Part shown: positions 11,339 through 24,121 of the stretch, piece after piece
How positions within the stretch are numbered: the stretch's first letter is position 1
Layout of the letters: each line of letters begins with the position of its first letter
From: Paraphysomonas bandaiensis
Taxonomy: Eukaryota > Protista > Chrysophyceae
Assembly (NCBI GenBank): GCA_965644295.1
Contig: CBFFRP010000259.1
Location: 34,010-98,009 of the forward strand
Direction: 5' to 3'
DNA length: 64,000 bases
The notes under the pieces: model-generated
Databases searched by the model: none
What the model was told of the DNA's origin: nothing
What the model saw: the letters and a program-made list of their open reading frames with translations, nothing else
Position numbers and translations under genes: made by a program

Positions 11339-13718
11339 TTAATCAATATGAGCTTCGTCAGTACTACGAACCATAGAAAATATTCTACGCTTTTTTCCTG
11401 GTTTCCCATCTGCCAAATCAACCCGCAAATTCACCACAAACAAAACAAGCGCAACTAGAATGAGACAACCAAATGCAACAAGCATACCTTGAGTGGATGG
11501 CATGACCTGCAGTCTGTATCCTAATATCGCATCATCAGTGACCATAATTACATCTGTAAAGCCATCAGCATCAAAGTCACCAATGACAGGACGGGCAATA
11601 GGGGTATTGGGAACAGATTTCGTTGACAGAACGACCCCATCGCGAGACACTACGCTAATATCTTGGTCACCAGTAATCAGCATATGAGCGTATATATTGT
11701 CATGCGAGCCAAACTCCTCGGCTCGTGCAGCATCCATGTCGAAGTGTACCATTTGGGCCCACTGAAAGTCAGTTTTCCATCCAGGGCCATCTTTGACCTG
11801 CCAGTTGAACTCGCCGTTCGCAGAGTACGAGGTCACCATTCCCATATTTGTAGCCACCACGATGTCCTTCTTCTTCGACTCCGTATTAGTCATGGGGTCT
11901 ACTTTGCGCAAGACTAAGGGAGTGGCGGCTTTAATAGGCGGAGGGGTACGCTTAGAAGGCTTCGCCATGGGGTCAGATAGGGCACGCCGATGAAGACAAA
12001 GAGTGCCATTGAACAGCTGCGATCGCGGTGGAAGTCCACTGATTACCATCATATGACAGTGTTGGATTGCATCGCTTCCCTCATGAGAAAATGCAGCGGC
12101 ACGATGGACCGCATCATTTTCATTTTCGATAACAAGGACCATGTCCACGACGCCATCGCCATCAATATCTGCGTATGTGTGATCCGCATTGAGAGCCATA
12201 GATGTTATTGGAACCCCAGTTCGCAGCGCTATTACCTCAACTCCATGTTTGGTATGTGCTACAAGGACGTTGGGATGATCAGTGTGCTCAGAGGCATCAT
12301 GCGGTAGAGATGCAGATAAAGACAATGGCTCAGATCCTATGCCAGTAAATTTCTCCAGCAACCCCCCTGACTTCTTAGTTTTACTGGGGGAACGGCGAGA
12401 ACTTCTCTGATTTTCTAATTTCCGGCTACTCGCTGAAGTTCGTGACACAGATTTCGACGATGACGGTTTCCCTTTAGCAGTTCCAGCCCCAAGGTGTCTT
12501 CGGACAAAATGTGCAAAGCGCATTGATGTGTCAGTCCTGTGGTGCCAAAAGTGAGGTAGCTCTGCCACAAGAGATGCCTTAAACAGTGACATATCGTTCA
12601 TGTGGGCCCGAGTGTGCGATGCCATGCGAGACAAATCGAAGCTGCTGAGGGTGTATGCTTGGTGAGGAAGAGATCTAGTGTACTGTTCTTGCTTGACATC
12701 AGATCCATCGTGCCTCCACACAATATGACCTTCCTTGGAATCAAGTGCGTATACACTGAAATGTTCGAGCATAGCACGCACTCTCATCTCAGGGTGCTCA
12801 ATATCACCATCTTCATTCTTGTCAAGTCCCGCCTCCACCAAATCCTCAGCGGCAAGCGCCTCAGTTCCTCCATCACGTAAACGCATGCTCGCTCCAATGA
12901 CTACAGTCCCGCCGGATGCATCTTCTTTCAAGCTTAAGGGCGTAATAACTATTGACGCCTCATCTACCGTATAGTGCGATATGACATACTCCAACTGGTG
13001 AAACTTATGAGCAATACTCTTCTCCCACATGAGCGACAAGGAGGAATCAAAGCACGAGACTGTAAAGTCTTCAGTGACAACTACAATAACCTTGGTACGC
13101 TCCTTTTCATTTGAGTATTTATCTATGTACCCCGCCGCCAGAGCGACAGGAGATTTACCCTGTCGACAATTTTAAAAAAGCACATAAATAATTTAAAAAA
13201 TGATAAAGTCTACATGTACACAATGATTATTACCTTTCGAATACTAAACTTAGACAAGCGAACAGATTTTTCGATCTTTGGAGAATATACGGCAGCATTT
13301 GGGTCTCCGCCATATTCGGGAGATATAACCTGAACATCCCCTTATAAAGGTAATGATAATAAATGAGATGAAACATACTTGAAGAACAAAATCTTTTGAT
13401 ATGGATATGATTTCATTCCTTCCATCGCCATCAAGATCTGATATGAGCACAGGCACCTGATGATAGGGTACCTCTGAGCCCTTACCCCTGTGGTCCAGGT
13501 ACCAGGAGGGCTCTAAACTATATGTGTATCCACGACTCTGATATGTGTGTTATGTATAGTATGGTATGAATGTATGGCTTACATCTAATGAGAGGTACAC
13601 GGCGAGCACCATAACACAGAGGACCATAAGATCCCTCTTACGGAATGCCTGGAGTGGGGTTAGTTACGAGAGGGGGAGTGATAAGGAGTACCTGAGCCTT
13701 TGCTGGATCCTTTTTCAT
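11339..13718 (-). CDS. NERD1: FG-GAP repeat membrane protein, NERD1 (At3g51050)-like, multi-exon
   Basis: The spliced N-terminus reads MKKDPAKAQ|AFRKRDLMVLCVMVLAVYLSLD (RKRDL plus signal anchor). Also ISDLDGDGRNEII, PNVLVAHTKHGVEVI, ADIDGDGVVD, GDFDADGFTDV and a C-terminal TM helix. Confidence 0.8.
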
Positions 13719-13790
13719 AGTTGAACGATTGTGTAAGGCTGCTAAGCAGAGAGCAGCAATGACTAACACTGTAATCAGAGTTACTCTAAG

Positions 13791-14369
13791 CACATACATA
13801 CATACATACATACATACATACATACATACATACATACATACATACATACATACATACATACATACATACATACATACATACATACATACATACATACATA
13901 CATACATGCATACATACATACATACATACATACATACATACATACATACATACATACATACATACATACATACATACATACATACATACATACATACATA
14001 CATACATACATACATACATACATACATACATACATACATACATACATACATACATACATACATACATACATACATACATACATACATACATACATACATA
14101 CATACATACATACATACATACATACATACATACATACATACATACATACATACATACATACATACATACATACATACATACATACATACATACATACATA
14201 CATACATACATACATACATACATACATACATACATACATACATACATACATACATACCTACATACCTACATACCTACATACATACATACATACATACATA
14301 CATACATACATACATACATACATACATACATACATACATACATACATACATACATACATACATACATAC
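13791..14369. repeat. Long (TACA)n microsatellite, about 580 bp
   Basis: Near-pure tetranucleotide run occupying most of a divergent intergenic region. Confidence 0.98.
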
Positions 14370-14537
14370 TCCAATCAGTTCACACAGTTTATATTTTAGG
14401 TGTTTCAATTGGCTGGTATTTCACAGTCCGTCAACCATCGAGTGCACAGCACTGCTCCACCATTCTATATATAGAGCAGGCTTCCAATACACTCTCACTT
14501 ATATCACTCATCCCTTTTCCACGTAATAACTGTAGAT

Positions 14538-16064
14538 ATGGATGAACTGAAGTTAACGGGAGTGGTTCTGAATAAACGCAAGCAGCGCTCATCGACAACA
14601 TGCTGCATTAAAGCCCATATTAAGAGCATCTCTCATAGCGATCAGTCTTCTTGTGAGGAGCGTTATCAACAGTTAGCTTATTTGGAGTGTGGAGAGGATA
14701 CTGTTCTCCTCCCTAGTGGCGTTAGTGTTGATATAATGAACTACGTGACATGTGATTCTGTAATAGAAGTCACTGGTAGAGTACACGTTGAGAATGACGA
14801 GAGCGATGGTCTCAAAGTTGAATTGTATACTCTCACTGTGTTGCGTATTGCTCCTAAACCTGCGCAGATTAAGCAACTACTTGCTGCTGAATCCTCACTC
14901 AGCTCAAATGACGAATTAACCAGACGCTTCTTTTCAGACATCCTGAGCGTCGAAAAAGAAGCAGTTACACGTACAGGGAATAGTACTGATGTACTCAGTA
15001 TGCTACAGAGTGGAAAGTTGAAGGTCAAAGATCATATACATACTATGACCAATAGAGTAAATACCGCTCCTCCTCCACGATGCAAGCGAGTCCCTCCAGA
15101 GGAAAGAGCCCTCGTGAAATGGGCGGAAGATGTTGCTACTGATATGTACAAACAGATTCCAAAAGCAAGCATAGAAATTAACTGCACAGATTCTGAAGAA
15201 CCCAGTTGTGTACGCAGTTGTAGTGGTTCTAATGATTGTGCCATCAACTTACCTGTGGGAGTGGCTGACTGTCCCTCTCGCACAGGTCCTCTCACTCGCC
15301 TCGAGTATATCCATGGAAAGAAAGAGCCCCAAACGCAGTGGATAGTATCCAGACTTTTAGCTCTAATGGGCGGTGATTTACGAAACGTACACATCTTAGA
15401 TGTTGGAGGCGGTAGGGGAGATTTAGCCGTGGCGATTGCACTCCAAATGCATGCCCAAGGTGCAGACACAAGCTCGATAACTATTGTAGATGTCAACAGC
15501 AGGAGTCTACAGGATGGACGTGGTTATGCGGAGCGTCGGGGAGTAGAACGTCACACGGAATTCATTGAGGGTGACGTGCGGGACTACATGGCTCAGTATA
15601 GAGTAGTTGAGGGAGTAAGGGAGGTTGTTGTTGGCCTACATGCCTGTGGAGACTTGTCTGATTTGGCAATCGAGTATGCAGCTAAGATTAGGGCAGGGTT
15701 TATAGTTGTTCCTTGTTGTTTCAGCAAGTGTTTTCGACCATCTGAGACAGCTGGATGGTTACAGCAGCTGAGATGGCATTCCTGTCAACTACAATCCCCT
15801 GTTCCCATTGCTCAGAATGCTGATGGGGAGGACGGCAATTGGTTACAAGCTCGTTCTTTATTAGGAAAAATTGCTGAGAGTCAGCCCCGCGATTTGTCCT
15901 GGAAGTGTATGCAAATTATTAATATGCTACGGCTTATTCATATTCTCAGCGTTACTGAGAAAAGTTGTACATGGGAACTTTCACTTGAGGCATTCTCTAG
16001 ATCATTTAGCATGAGAAACATGGTCGTATGCGGGAAATACACATGCAATGCTGAAATATTTTAA
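14538..16064 (+). CDS. Class I SAM-dependent methyltransferase (Methyltransf_32-like) with a possible N-terminal OB fold
   Basis: ILDVGGGRGDLA, ITIVDVN, VVGLHACGDLSD, VVPCC; 508-aa intronless ORF. Confidence 0.85.
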   Translation: MDELKLTGVVLNKRKQRSSTTCCIKAHIKSISHSDQSSCEERYQQLAYLECGEDTVLLPSGVSVDIMNYVTCDSVIEVTGRVHVENDESDGLKVELYTLTVLRIAPKPAQIKQLLAAESSLSSNDELTRRFFSDILSVEKEAVTRTGNSTDVLSMLQSGKLKVKDHIHTMTNRVNTAPPPRCKRVPPEERALVKWAEDVATDMYKQIPKASIEINCTDSEEPSCVRSCSGSNDCAINLPVGVADCPSRTGPLTRLEYIHGKKEPQTQWIVSRLLALMGGDLRNVHILDVGGGRGDLAVAIALQMHAQGADTSSITIVDVNSRSLQDGRGYAERRGVERHTEFIEGDVRDYMAQYRVVEGVREVVVGLHACGDLSDLAIEYAAKIRAGFIVVPCCFSKCFRPSETAGWLQQLRWHSCQLQSPVPIAQNADGEDGNWLQARSLLGKIAESQPRDLSWKCMQIINMLRLIHILSVTEKSCTWELSLEAFSRSFSMRNMVVCGKYTCNAEIF

Positions 16065-16218
16065 AGAACGTTTATATTATGGAATTGTATATATGCATGT
16101 GTCTGTGTTGTAATCTTGCCCTGTAGTGGAGAAAATTTGTTTTTTCGAAAATTACGAAAGTTATAGTATAACAATCCTGAATGCAATGCTCAAGCTTATT
16201 ATCATGATATTTTCGTGA

Positions 16219-16797
16219 ACATCGGTGGGATGAATTCGGTACCTATAGGTGTATTTTAATATAATTAGAGATACCTATCAGTATGAAATTTAGAGGTCCC
16301 ACTTGTAGGAAGACTATAAGTACGTGTAAGAGCGGCACCTATTCGAAAACCTATAAGCTGTTGTCACGTTTCCCTAATAGAGTATAAGGCGATAAATGCA
16401 ATGTGAACAATTGTAATATGTAACCAAAGATACTAAATAGCTATAACTGTGAAACTGAAGTATTGTATCATGACAATTCAAGTTACGAAAGTTGATCAGT
16501 GGTTGACATGAACAAAATATATTGTTGCGTTGTTGATATTCTTTTAAATGACATATATAACGTATATGATATATCACGGTCTCACGGTGTATGCAATATA
16601 ATAATCGGGTCTATCTAGTTTTATTACTACAAACTTTTTTCCAACGATCTAAATTGATTGAAAAATGTACAATAGTCAATATAGGCACTACTTACTGCCC
16701 AAAAATGTACCTATAGGTAGATAAAGGTACCCAGAAAGCACAGTCGATTTTAATTACAAAAGTACCTATAGGGACTCAGCGCGAGATCCACCGATGT
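16219..16797. mobile_element. Candidate degenerate MITE
   Basis: Terminal inverted ACATCGGTGG / CCACCGATGT with subterminal (GT)ACCTATAGG motifs at both ends and an AT-rich interior. No TSD is visible. Confidence 0.5.
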
Positions 16798-16845
16798 AGT
16801 ATATGTGTACACGTGTACACTACTATTATTATTTTTTTACTATAC

Positions 16846-17560
16846 TTATATTATCTTAATATATATATAACAGACAATGCTCAGAAGTGTTACGACCATC
16901 ATAGTGAAGATAGTCATGCTCAAGGTGCTCCTGCGATGCGGATTCAAGCGGTGGCTTGCCATTTGCTGTGAAGTCAAAGTGTAATATATCCCTAATCTCA
17001 ACGAGCATTTTCTATTGAGAAGAAATGAATAATTCCCAGTTACCAAATATTATTATGTTCATTAGTCACTTAACTTACTTGAATTTACCTTATATACCTC
17101 TGCTCTGGTCAGTATGGGCTCAACATGCAACCCTCCCCCATTTTAAATAGGTATGCACGTTGTTCTACATCATGCGTGCAAGCAGTACAACAACGTAGCT
17201 TCAGAAGGGTAGTCCATTCTCTCATCACCATTTGCAATTTTGTGTCCTTCAAGTATGGTGTTTTTACAGTTCAGAAGCTTATATTAGTCCCTCGACATCA
17301 TTCTCTACACACGTATCGATAACAAGTTTCGTTCCTTTTACGCTAATAGCCATACACATATCCTCGTTTAACACATAGGAGCCTGACACCCCCCATGATG
17401 AGATATAGATCACAACATGCGGTCGGATCTCAGTGTCATATAGTCGCTGTATAGAGTCGTTGACATGTAGTATGCGTATGACTGCATCGAATAGACAGCT
17501 ATACAGTACTCAGACGTTACTGGCTCCAATAACTGCTATCCAATACCTGGTTTTCTTCAT
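16846..17560 (-). pseudogene. SDR42E1: 3-beta-hydroxysteroid dehydrogenase/extended SDR (SDR42E1-like) pseudogene, internally deleted
   Basis: Manual minus-strand translation gives IAVIGAS, HVVIYISSWGVSG..SVKGTKLVIDTCVENDVEGLI*, NTILEGHKIANGDERMDYP, PILTRAEVYK, IIHFFSIENAR*D*GY and a C-terminal TM segment. It has stops, frameshifts and no YxxxK region. Confidence 0.75.
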
Positions 17561-17931
17561 TTGAATATGTGCGGTGGATGGTATCTGCATGCACATCCTC
17601 TTAAAGACACTACAGACAAGATACTCCTCGGCTGCACTGTATACTGCTGCATACGACGGTATACCGTATACACCGTTCAACTACAGCACAGCATAGATAG
17701 AGAGGCATGTGATGTCTGTTACAGTATCTCTCTATATACAGCACTGTACTCTGTGCTTTATCGCTCATTTCCCATTCTCAGACTACAGCGTATTCCATAC
17801 ACACACATACACCGGATTGCATTCAATGCATCCACTTACAGAGTAACCAACAGCACTGCCTCTAGTCAAACATACATACACCACTTATTCATTACTGCAT
17901 AATTGTATTTCATTTCGAGTTGCATTGAACG

Positions 17932-19032
17932 ATGGCTGATATCAGTGTGGTATGTTGCTCCAACATATGCTGATATCTCTGTGATTGATTGTACAGGTTA
18001 TGGCTGGAGTGTTTGCCGGTATACTGATATTCCTCCTTATCCTTGCACAGTTTCTGACTGTAAAGGCACCGGGGAATTGGCTTTGCACTAGTGATAATCG
18101 TGCGAAGGGTCAATTTGAAAATTATGCGATATGCTACTCTGTCGTGTGGATTTCTGTATTCGCTGTTGTAGTTGCTGGGCAGTACTACGAGCAGTTCGAT
18201 GAGGTCTTATATCGGCACTGAATTTTATTTTTCTAAAATTAATATTTGTACAGACCCACTATATGGTGCTGTGTGTGTCCTTGGCCCTTCCGTTTCTCCT
18301 CCAGCCGCTTCTGTACCCTTTTCCTGCAGAGGAAAATCTACCTCTATGCTCGAGATATTCGTTTAAGGCGAATGTGTGGATCGCTATTTTCAGCTTTATT
18401 GGAAACTATTGGTATACCCACTACTTTTATTCTGTCTTGAAGGCAAAATATTCGTTTTCCAGCTGGCGTTTAAATGATGTACCAATCCCTCTGTACTTTG
18501 CTACTCACTTCTATTTTGTCTTCTACCACACTATGTCCAACCTTATCCTGAGAAAAATTGAAAGTCGATATGCGAGTAATTTTTTCCGGACCCTTTTCTT
18601 TTGGAGCACTGTGCTTGCGTTTTCTTACTTTACTGCTTTCATGGAAACTCTGACGATCTCAAGTTTTCCGGATTATAGCTTCGAAGACCGCTACATGGCC
18701 TACACTGTTGGTTCTGCTTTCTATGGAATTTACTTTATTGTCAGCTACCCTGTGTTTTACAGGTATATTTATGTGGGCATTTTGTATTTGTTTGAATCGT
18801 GACTGAATTACTGTGTGCCATTTTTTCATGGATTCGTTGTGCTGATATGTATTCATGTAGATTGGACGAGAAGTGTGGTAAGGATGTGGCGCCACACACT
18901 CTTTATCAGACATGTATGGATGCTTTCGGGGCAAGTATGATCGTTCTCTGCCTGCTTGATTTCTGTCGCCTTGCTATGGCCATTCCTCTATCCATCACGG
19001 GAAAGCTTTATTATCTATTCAAAAAGGTTTGA
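17932..19032 (+). CDS. CPI1: Cycloeucalenol cycloisomerase (cyclopropyl sterol isomerase)
   Basis: KANVWIAIFSFIGNYWYTHYFY, WRLNDVP, FMETLTI and GSAFYGIYFIVSYP. Introns 17950-17996 (tentative; alternative ATG at 18000), 18204-18253 and 18763-18860. Confidence 0.92.
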
Positions 19033-19361
19033 GTTGTTCAATAGAGTTTGAGTTGATTTGTCGCATGCAATATGTATCACTCTCATGTAATAATTAAAAC
19101 CGAGTGAGCATTTCCTCTTTGAGTTAAATTTTATCACCAGGATAGAGTGCTATTAATACTTGACACTAATTTATTGATAAGACCTTGCACAGTAGTGAAG
19201 CGGTTCCAACAAAACTGTGCTCAACACTCAAATAAGTATCTATCTACCTTAGCAAGGTTGCTTTCACGGCCTAGAAAACTACACTTCTCCTGTAAATAAC
19301 ACCAAAAATAAAGCTCTTTATCTCACAAGAAGGAAGTCTTTGTTATACATTAGCCAGTTAC

Positions 19362-20174
19362 TCAACCTTTTCGGCCAATAATAAAGTCCAAAAATCCTTT
19401 GAACAACGAATCAGGTACCGCCACAAGCTCCATTCTAAAGTAAAGCGTGGCATGAGGAGGAATTTTTCCTGCCCCATCTCTTCCGTATCCTAAGTGAGGT
19501 GGAATAATGAGCTCTCGCACAGTACCCTCTTGCATGCCTGATAATAAGGCCTCATCCCAGCCCTTGATAACACGACCAGTGCCAGCCTAAACAATATACA
19601 GGTTAGATCCCGTCACTACGACTCACTCGCACATTTATGACTAAAGGCACACTTACCGTGAACTGTAGTGGGCGCCCTCTATCCAAGCTCGAGTCAAATT
19701 TCTGATCACTGTCAAATCCTTCAAGCCAGCCAGTGTAATGTACTCGCACAGTATCTCCTATTAGCACAATTATAACATACTAAATCCACAGTACTCGCTG
19801 TACCAGCTGTTGGGGTTCGGCCAGTACCAACTCTAACATCCCGATACTGTAAGCCACTCGTAGTGGTCACAAATGGCTGTTCATCGGAAGAACAGGATGC
19901 CTAACAATAACTCACAGTCATTATAAGAACTTAAAAGAGCAGTGTTCAATAACCATAGCCATAGAGGAGGCAGCCAGTAGTGCACCAGAGCAGGCAGCAG
20001 CTTTCACTCGTGGACTGACTCTTCTCACAAGCCCAACGCAAAAACCTCGACCTGTGTTCCCAAAAACAACCTTCTGGAACCTTAAAAATGATCTAAAGTA
20101 TCTATTCATATTGCCAATATTTAACTGTAGTCGTGAGAAGAATGTGAGCTGCCAGACACGTACATTAAACTCAT
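19362..20174 (-). CDS. FKBP-type peptidyl-prolyl isomerase with a basic N-terminal presequence (probably organellar), multi-exon
   Basis: Spliced translation gives [45 protein letters not shown] and [22 protein letters not shown]. Most of the gene is missing from the ORF track because the exons are short. Confidence 0.9.
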
Positions 20175-20666
20175 CACCACTTAACTCGCTCATCATACCT
20201 GCCATACTAAATATACAGCAGTATACCTCCAGATATGGTTTTAGTCCTACGAAAATATTGAGTTTTATAGATAGAAACTCCCGAAAGTGCTGAAAACTAT
20301 GTTTTATTTCTCATGGTCACCGGAAATAGGCTTTTTCTGCATCCTCCTCAATGTATCGAAGTTTAGAACAAATGGCTACATCCCCAGTTCAAGTTCTACT
20401 ACTGCACGCACATATATATAGCCTGTTGTACAACAGCAGTGTACTGTACGTATACATATCCTCTCCTCATATATATGCACTGGGCTGGACTGCTGTGTGA
20501 ATGATATATACTCCACACTGCTCTGTTGTACGTATCATACTCAACCAGAGCAGTGCATCGCATCACATTTCTCTTCATTTACTTCCAGGGATAAGGGAAC
20601 ATCTGAGTCGCCACTGTTAGCGTGGTCACTGGTCATATACATACATACATATATACATACATATAT

Positions 20667-21914
20667 ATGCTCACCAAGTCGATAAAGTTTCGTGAGAGAA
20701 AACTTATCGTTTATATTATCGGCTGTGTTTTCACTGCTATTGCTGTCGTATTTTTACTGTATTATGGGTCTTCAGTAACACCATTAGAAGACCCTCAAGC
20801 TACAATTGCTTCGCTGACGAGAGCGTTTGCTGCTGACTCAGAATTAGAGCCTCAAAGTGCAGTATTCGTATCATGGCCAGAGTTGAAGGCGTTTCCGGGA
20901 GAGAGTAGCTATCCACAATATACGCCGCTACTAGATGTGATCAAGTCATGGAACCCTGATGTAGCCGAACCACCTGAGAGGTTTGTTGAGACTTTGCAGC
21001 ACTTTAATTACAGTGATCCATACGAGAGGAAATTAGCAGAGGAGTATCGCAATGCAGAGGTCCCGTTTAAATTGTATGATGTTCCGAATATAGACCAAGT
21101 TAGATTAAAATGGAACAAACAGTATTTAGCTGGTGCAATGCGATATGAAACTCCACACGTGGAAAAGTCTACCAACAACCATTTTATGTACTGGACCAAG
21201 AAAAGGAAGAGTGGGAGAGACTACAAACCTCCAACCGATTTGATTAAGATGACATTCGCAGAATGGAGTGAAGAAGCCGAGAGAGCAGACCGACTTAAAC
21301 TAAATAATGAATCGGTGCACTACTATTATATGCTTGGAAGTAGGCCAGGAGACAGGTCGAAATCCTTCATTGCCAAAGATCTGCCGATATTCTCGACTCG
21401 CGACCCAAATTTTTTTATTCCGAATCCTAGGGCCAACAAAGGAACACAATGTAGATTTGGAATGAGGGGAGTGATTGCTGAGGCGCACTACGATTCTGGA
21501 CGTAACATGGTGGCTATGATACGAGGGCGAAAGAGGTATATACTCACTCCTCCAAAGACGTGCAAGTATTTGGGCATCATATCTGACATGAAGCATCCTT
21601 CGTTCCGACACTCCATCATTGATTGGAGTGATATACAACAGGCCACTGCCCATAGGTTCGATCAAGTTGATAGTATAGATACCATAGTGCGAACAGGAGA
21701 GGTTCTGTACATTCCTTCGTTCTGGTTTCACTACATTATATCGCTCGAGTATTCCATTCAGTGCAACTCTCGTAGTGGATTTCCTGATGACATGAAGGGG
21801 GCGGAATATATTGAGCGAAGTGATTGTATAGACAGCGTCCTAGGCGATACTCAGGCAAGGAGGCGGAAAAGAAAAAATGAGAGCGACAAGATGTCTTTGA
21901 AACAAGAAAGGTAA
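20667..21914 (+). CDS. JmjC/cupin-8 Fe(II)/2OG dioxygenase with an N-terminal transmembrane anchor
   Basis: AEAHYD (HxD), GRKRYIL and GEVLYIPSFWFHYI (distal His); hydrophobic IVYIIGCVFTAIAVVFLLYYG near the N-terminus. Confidence 0.88.
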   Translation: MLTKSIKFRERKLIVYIIGCVFTAIAVVFLLYYGSSVTPLEDPQATIASLTRAFAADSELEPQSAVFVSWPELKAFPGESSYPQYTPLLDVIKSWNPDVAEPPERFVETLQHFNYSDPYERKLAEEYRNAEVPFKLYDVPNIDQVRLKWNKQYLAGAMRYETPHVEKSTNNHFMYWTKKRKSGRDYKPPTDLIKMTFAEWSEEAERADRLKLNNESVHYYYMLGSRPGDRSKSFIAKDLPIFSTRDPNFFIPNPRANKGTQCRFGMRGVIAEAHYDSGRNMVAMIRGRKRYILTPPKTCKYLGIISDMKHPSFRHSIIDWSDIQQATAHRFDQVDSIDTIVRTGEVLYIPSFWFHYIISLEYSIQCNSRSGFPDDMKGAEYIERSDCIDSVLGDTQARRRKRKNESDKMSLKQER

Positions 21915-22504
21915 TTGTTAGAAGTTGCTGCGAGTATGTGTTACTTGTATACTTTAATTGCTAGTATATATGTAGTTATACTTTAGTCATACAGTAATAA
22001 GTAGTACTATGTTGATTAATTGAGGTTGTAGTATATTTAGTAGCACATAGCTATGTATGCGATTATTACACTTTAGCCTAGAGTAGGTTAGCAAATTTTC
22101 TCCGCGTGTTGTATACTTGTATACTACATACATATTATGAACTTATGCCTTGTGAGTCAATTACATTACAATTACATTCGCAAACACAGCAAGTCAATAA
22201 TTTATGTTTCAGCATAATACACTAGATTCTTGTTATATTGTTGCAATTACGAGGTTGGAATGTAGTCGTGAGCTGACTTCCAACTATAATATCTCAATGC
22301 AATTGTCCTGCGATTAAAAATCCTTGGTGAAGTTGGGAGTAGTCTCTTCTGGCCTCTGCTTTTATCACAGCAGCACTCTTTGGTGTGCTAGAGATTCTGT
22401 GTGTAGCCACGATCACCTTCTAAAGACTGAGAGGACACTATTCTCTACTCGTTTGTTTGAAGTCTTTGTGCATTATCACTGCGTGTTTCAGCTCATCTAC
22501 ACAT

Positions 22505-22860
22505 ATGGCTCCGAAGAAGGACATTAAAAAGAAGCCGTAGCCCTCAAAGCAATATGACCCCCGAAGAATCACTATTTAAGATATGGGGATCAAAGCAACT
22601 ATATGATATTCAAAGAGCAGATAAAAATTGGGCCACGTACGATAAGGCCGCTCAGCGAGATTCTTGGAGACAGGAGAATACTATAAGCCGCCACGTCTGT
22701 CAGACGAATACGATTCGAACACAGATCCAAGTGGCATCGCTCGACTACATGTGAAAGACGAAATTAAAGAACACAATCGAGAGGTATTCCCGATGACGAA
22801 TGACAGGGCGCCATTTTACAGTTTCATCATAAGGCTGGCTTACAAATATGCTCACTGGAG
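22505..22860 (+). mobile_element. Degenerate LTR-retrotransposon gag N-terminus fragment (Copia-like)
   Basis: LRYGDQSNYMIFKEQI..LETGEYY..YDSNTDPSGI..MTNDRAPFYSFI aligns with the 47-kb fragment LKYGANSN..FKQKL..LELDEYY..YDKRTDPLGI..MENNRTPFYGY. It has frameshifts and a stop. Confidence 0.65.
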
Positions 22861-23586
22861 GATACACACTGCAAATATATCTGCCTTTGGGTACGGCATA
22901 GGCACTTGTAAGGAACATCGGAATGACATGGCACACAAGTAGTTGCTTAGTTTGATCTGTCACAGATGAAGAGCAGTGCTGAGAATTGATTGGGTTGTTA
23001 TCAGTCGCAGTTGCTGGAATACTATACCGGTTGCAAGTGTATCATTGATGGACACTGAATAGCGAATATCTGCACCATATATTTCAATGAGTCAAGCAAA
23101 ACTGTTGCTTGTCTGTGTACAGCACCAGGTCACAGCCATGCTGGTGTACATGATCCTTGTAGAAATGAGAAAATAGTGGTGAGAAGTAGGCGAAATACTC
23201 GGTTTTACTGGGATTTCCCATTATCTCAGAAGAAAATAGGGATTTTATATTACTCATTGAGAAAACTATGTGAAAAAGAAAATTTGGGATGGTACAGCAG
23301 CCACACTACGACTGTACTGCTGTTCGTAGTACTGTATTTTTTCTTTATTCGTACTGCTGGGTCTGTATTCTCTGTTCTGTCTACATGCATATATACAGCA
23401 GTACATCGTATATGGTATATACGCATAGAGGGAAAGGCTGTATATATATGTCGCCGTTCATTCGAGAATATGACCGACACATTGAACACCTAACAACACT
23501 ATCAATCACATCCAACTCAACTCAATCATCTCTTAAATCACAATTCACAATCATTGAATTACTTCAAGTACTTAACAGTAATAAAC

Positions 23587-24121
23587 ATGGAACGAACACA
23601 TCCATATGAATCATGTGCCTCTACAACTACAACAACTACAGCCACTACTACAGTTGCCCCAACTGAAACAGAACAAAAACAACGACTTGTACTTCGATTA
23701 CGTGAGAAGAAAGTCACATGGGATGAAGAGGTCGTCAATAATGAACACTTGGGAAGGAAGAGCTCGAAGCGTAAGTGAATATGTGCATATATATATATGT
23801 ATACGTAGAGCCCACTGATGTATGCATGTATGTATGCATGTATGTATGTATGTATGTATGCATGTATGTATGTATGTATGTATGCATGTATGTATGTATA
23901 CGTAGAGCCCACTGATGTGTGTGTATGTATATGTACAGTCCTCTCATATACATGCATATATATACACTTACATATATGTATATACAGGCTGCTGTATCTT
24001 TCATAAGCAAAAACGATTTGGAGAAAGCGATTCGGATGAGAGTGACTCTGATATAGAAGAAGCGGAGAATTCCAGTTCAAATGGCGGTGGAGTTAAGCCT
24101 TATCAGCGTCATCATGCGTAA
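23587..24121 (+). CDS. PPP1R11: Protein phosphatase 1 inhibitor-3 (YPI1/PPP1R11 family)
   Basis: KKVTWDEEVVNNEHLGRKSSKR|CCIFHKQKRFGESDSDESDSD; intron 23771-23987. Confidence 0.93.
23796..23920. repeat. Intronic (GTAT/GCAT)n flanked by a 26-bp direct repeat
   Basis: TATGTATACGTAGAGCCCACTGATGT occurs on both sides of the microsatellite. Confidence 0.85.

Noticed and set aside
13638-14526. MYVC / HTYI repeat ORFs (also at 7.6-8.0, 23.6-24.0 and 55.7-56.2 kb)
   Set aside because: These are translation artefacts of the stop-free (TACA)n microsatellite.
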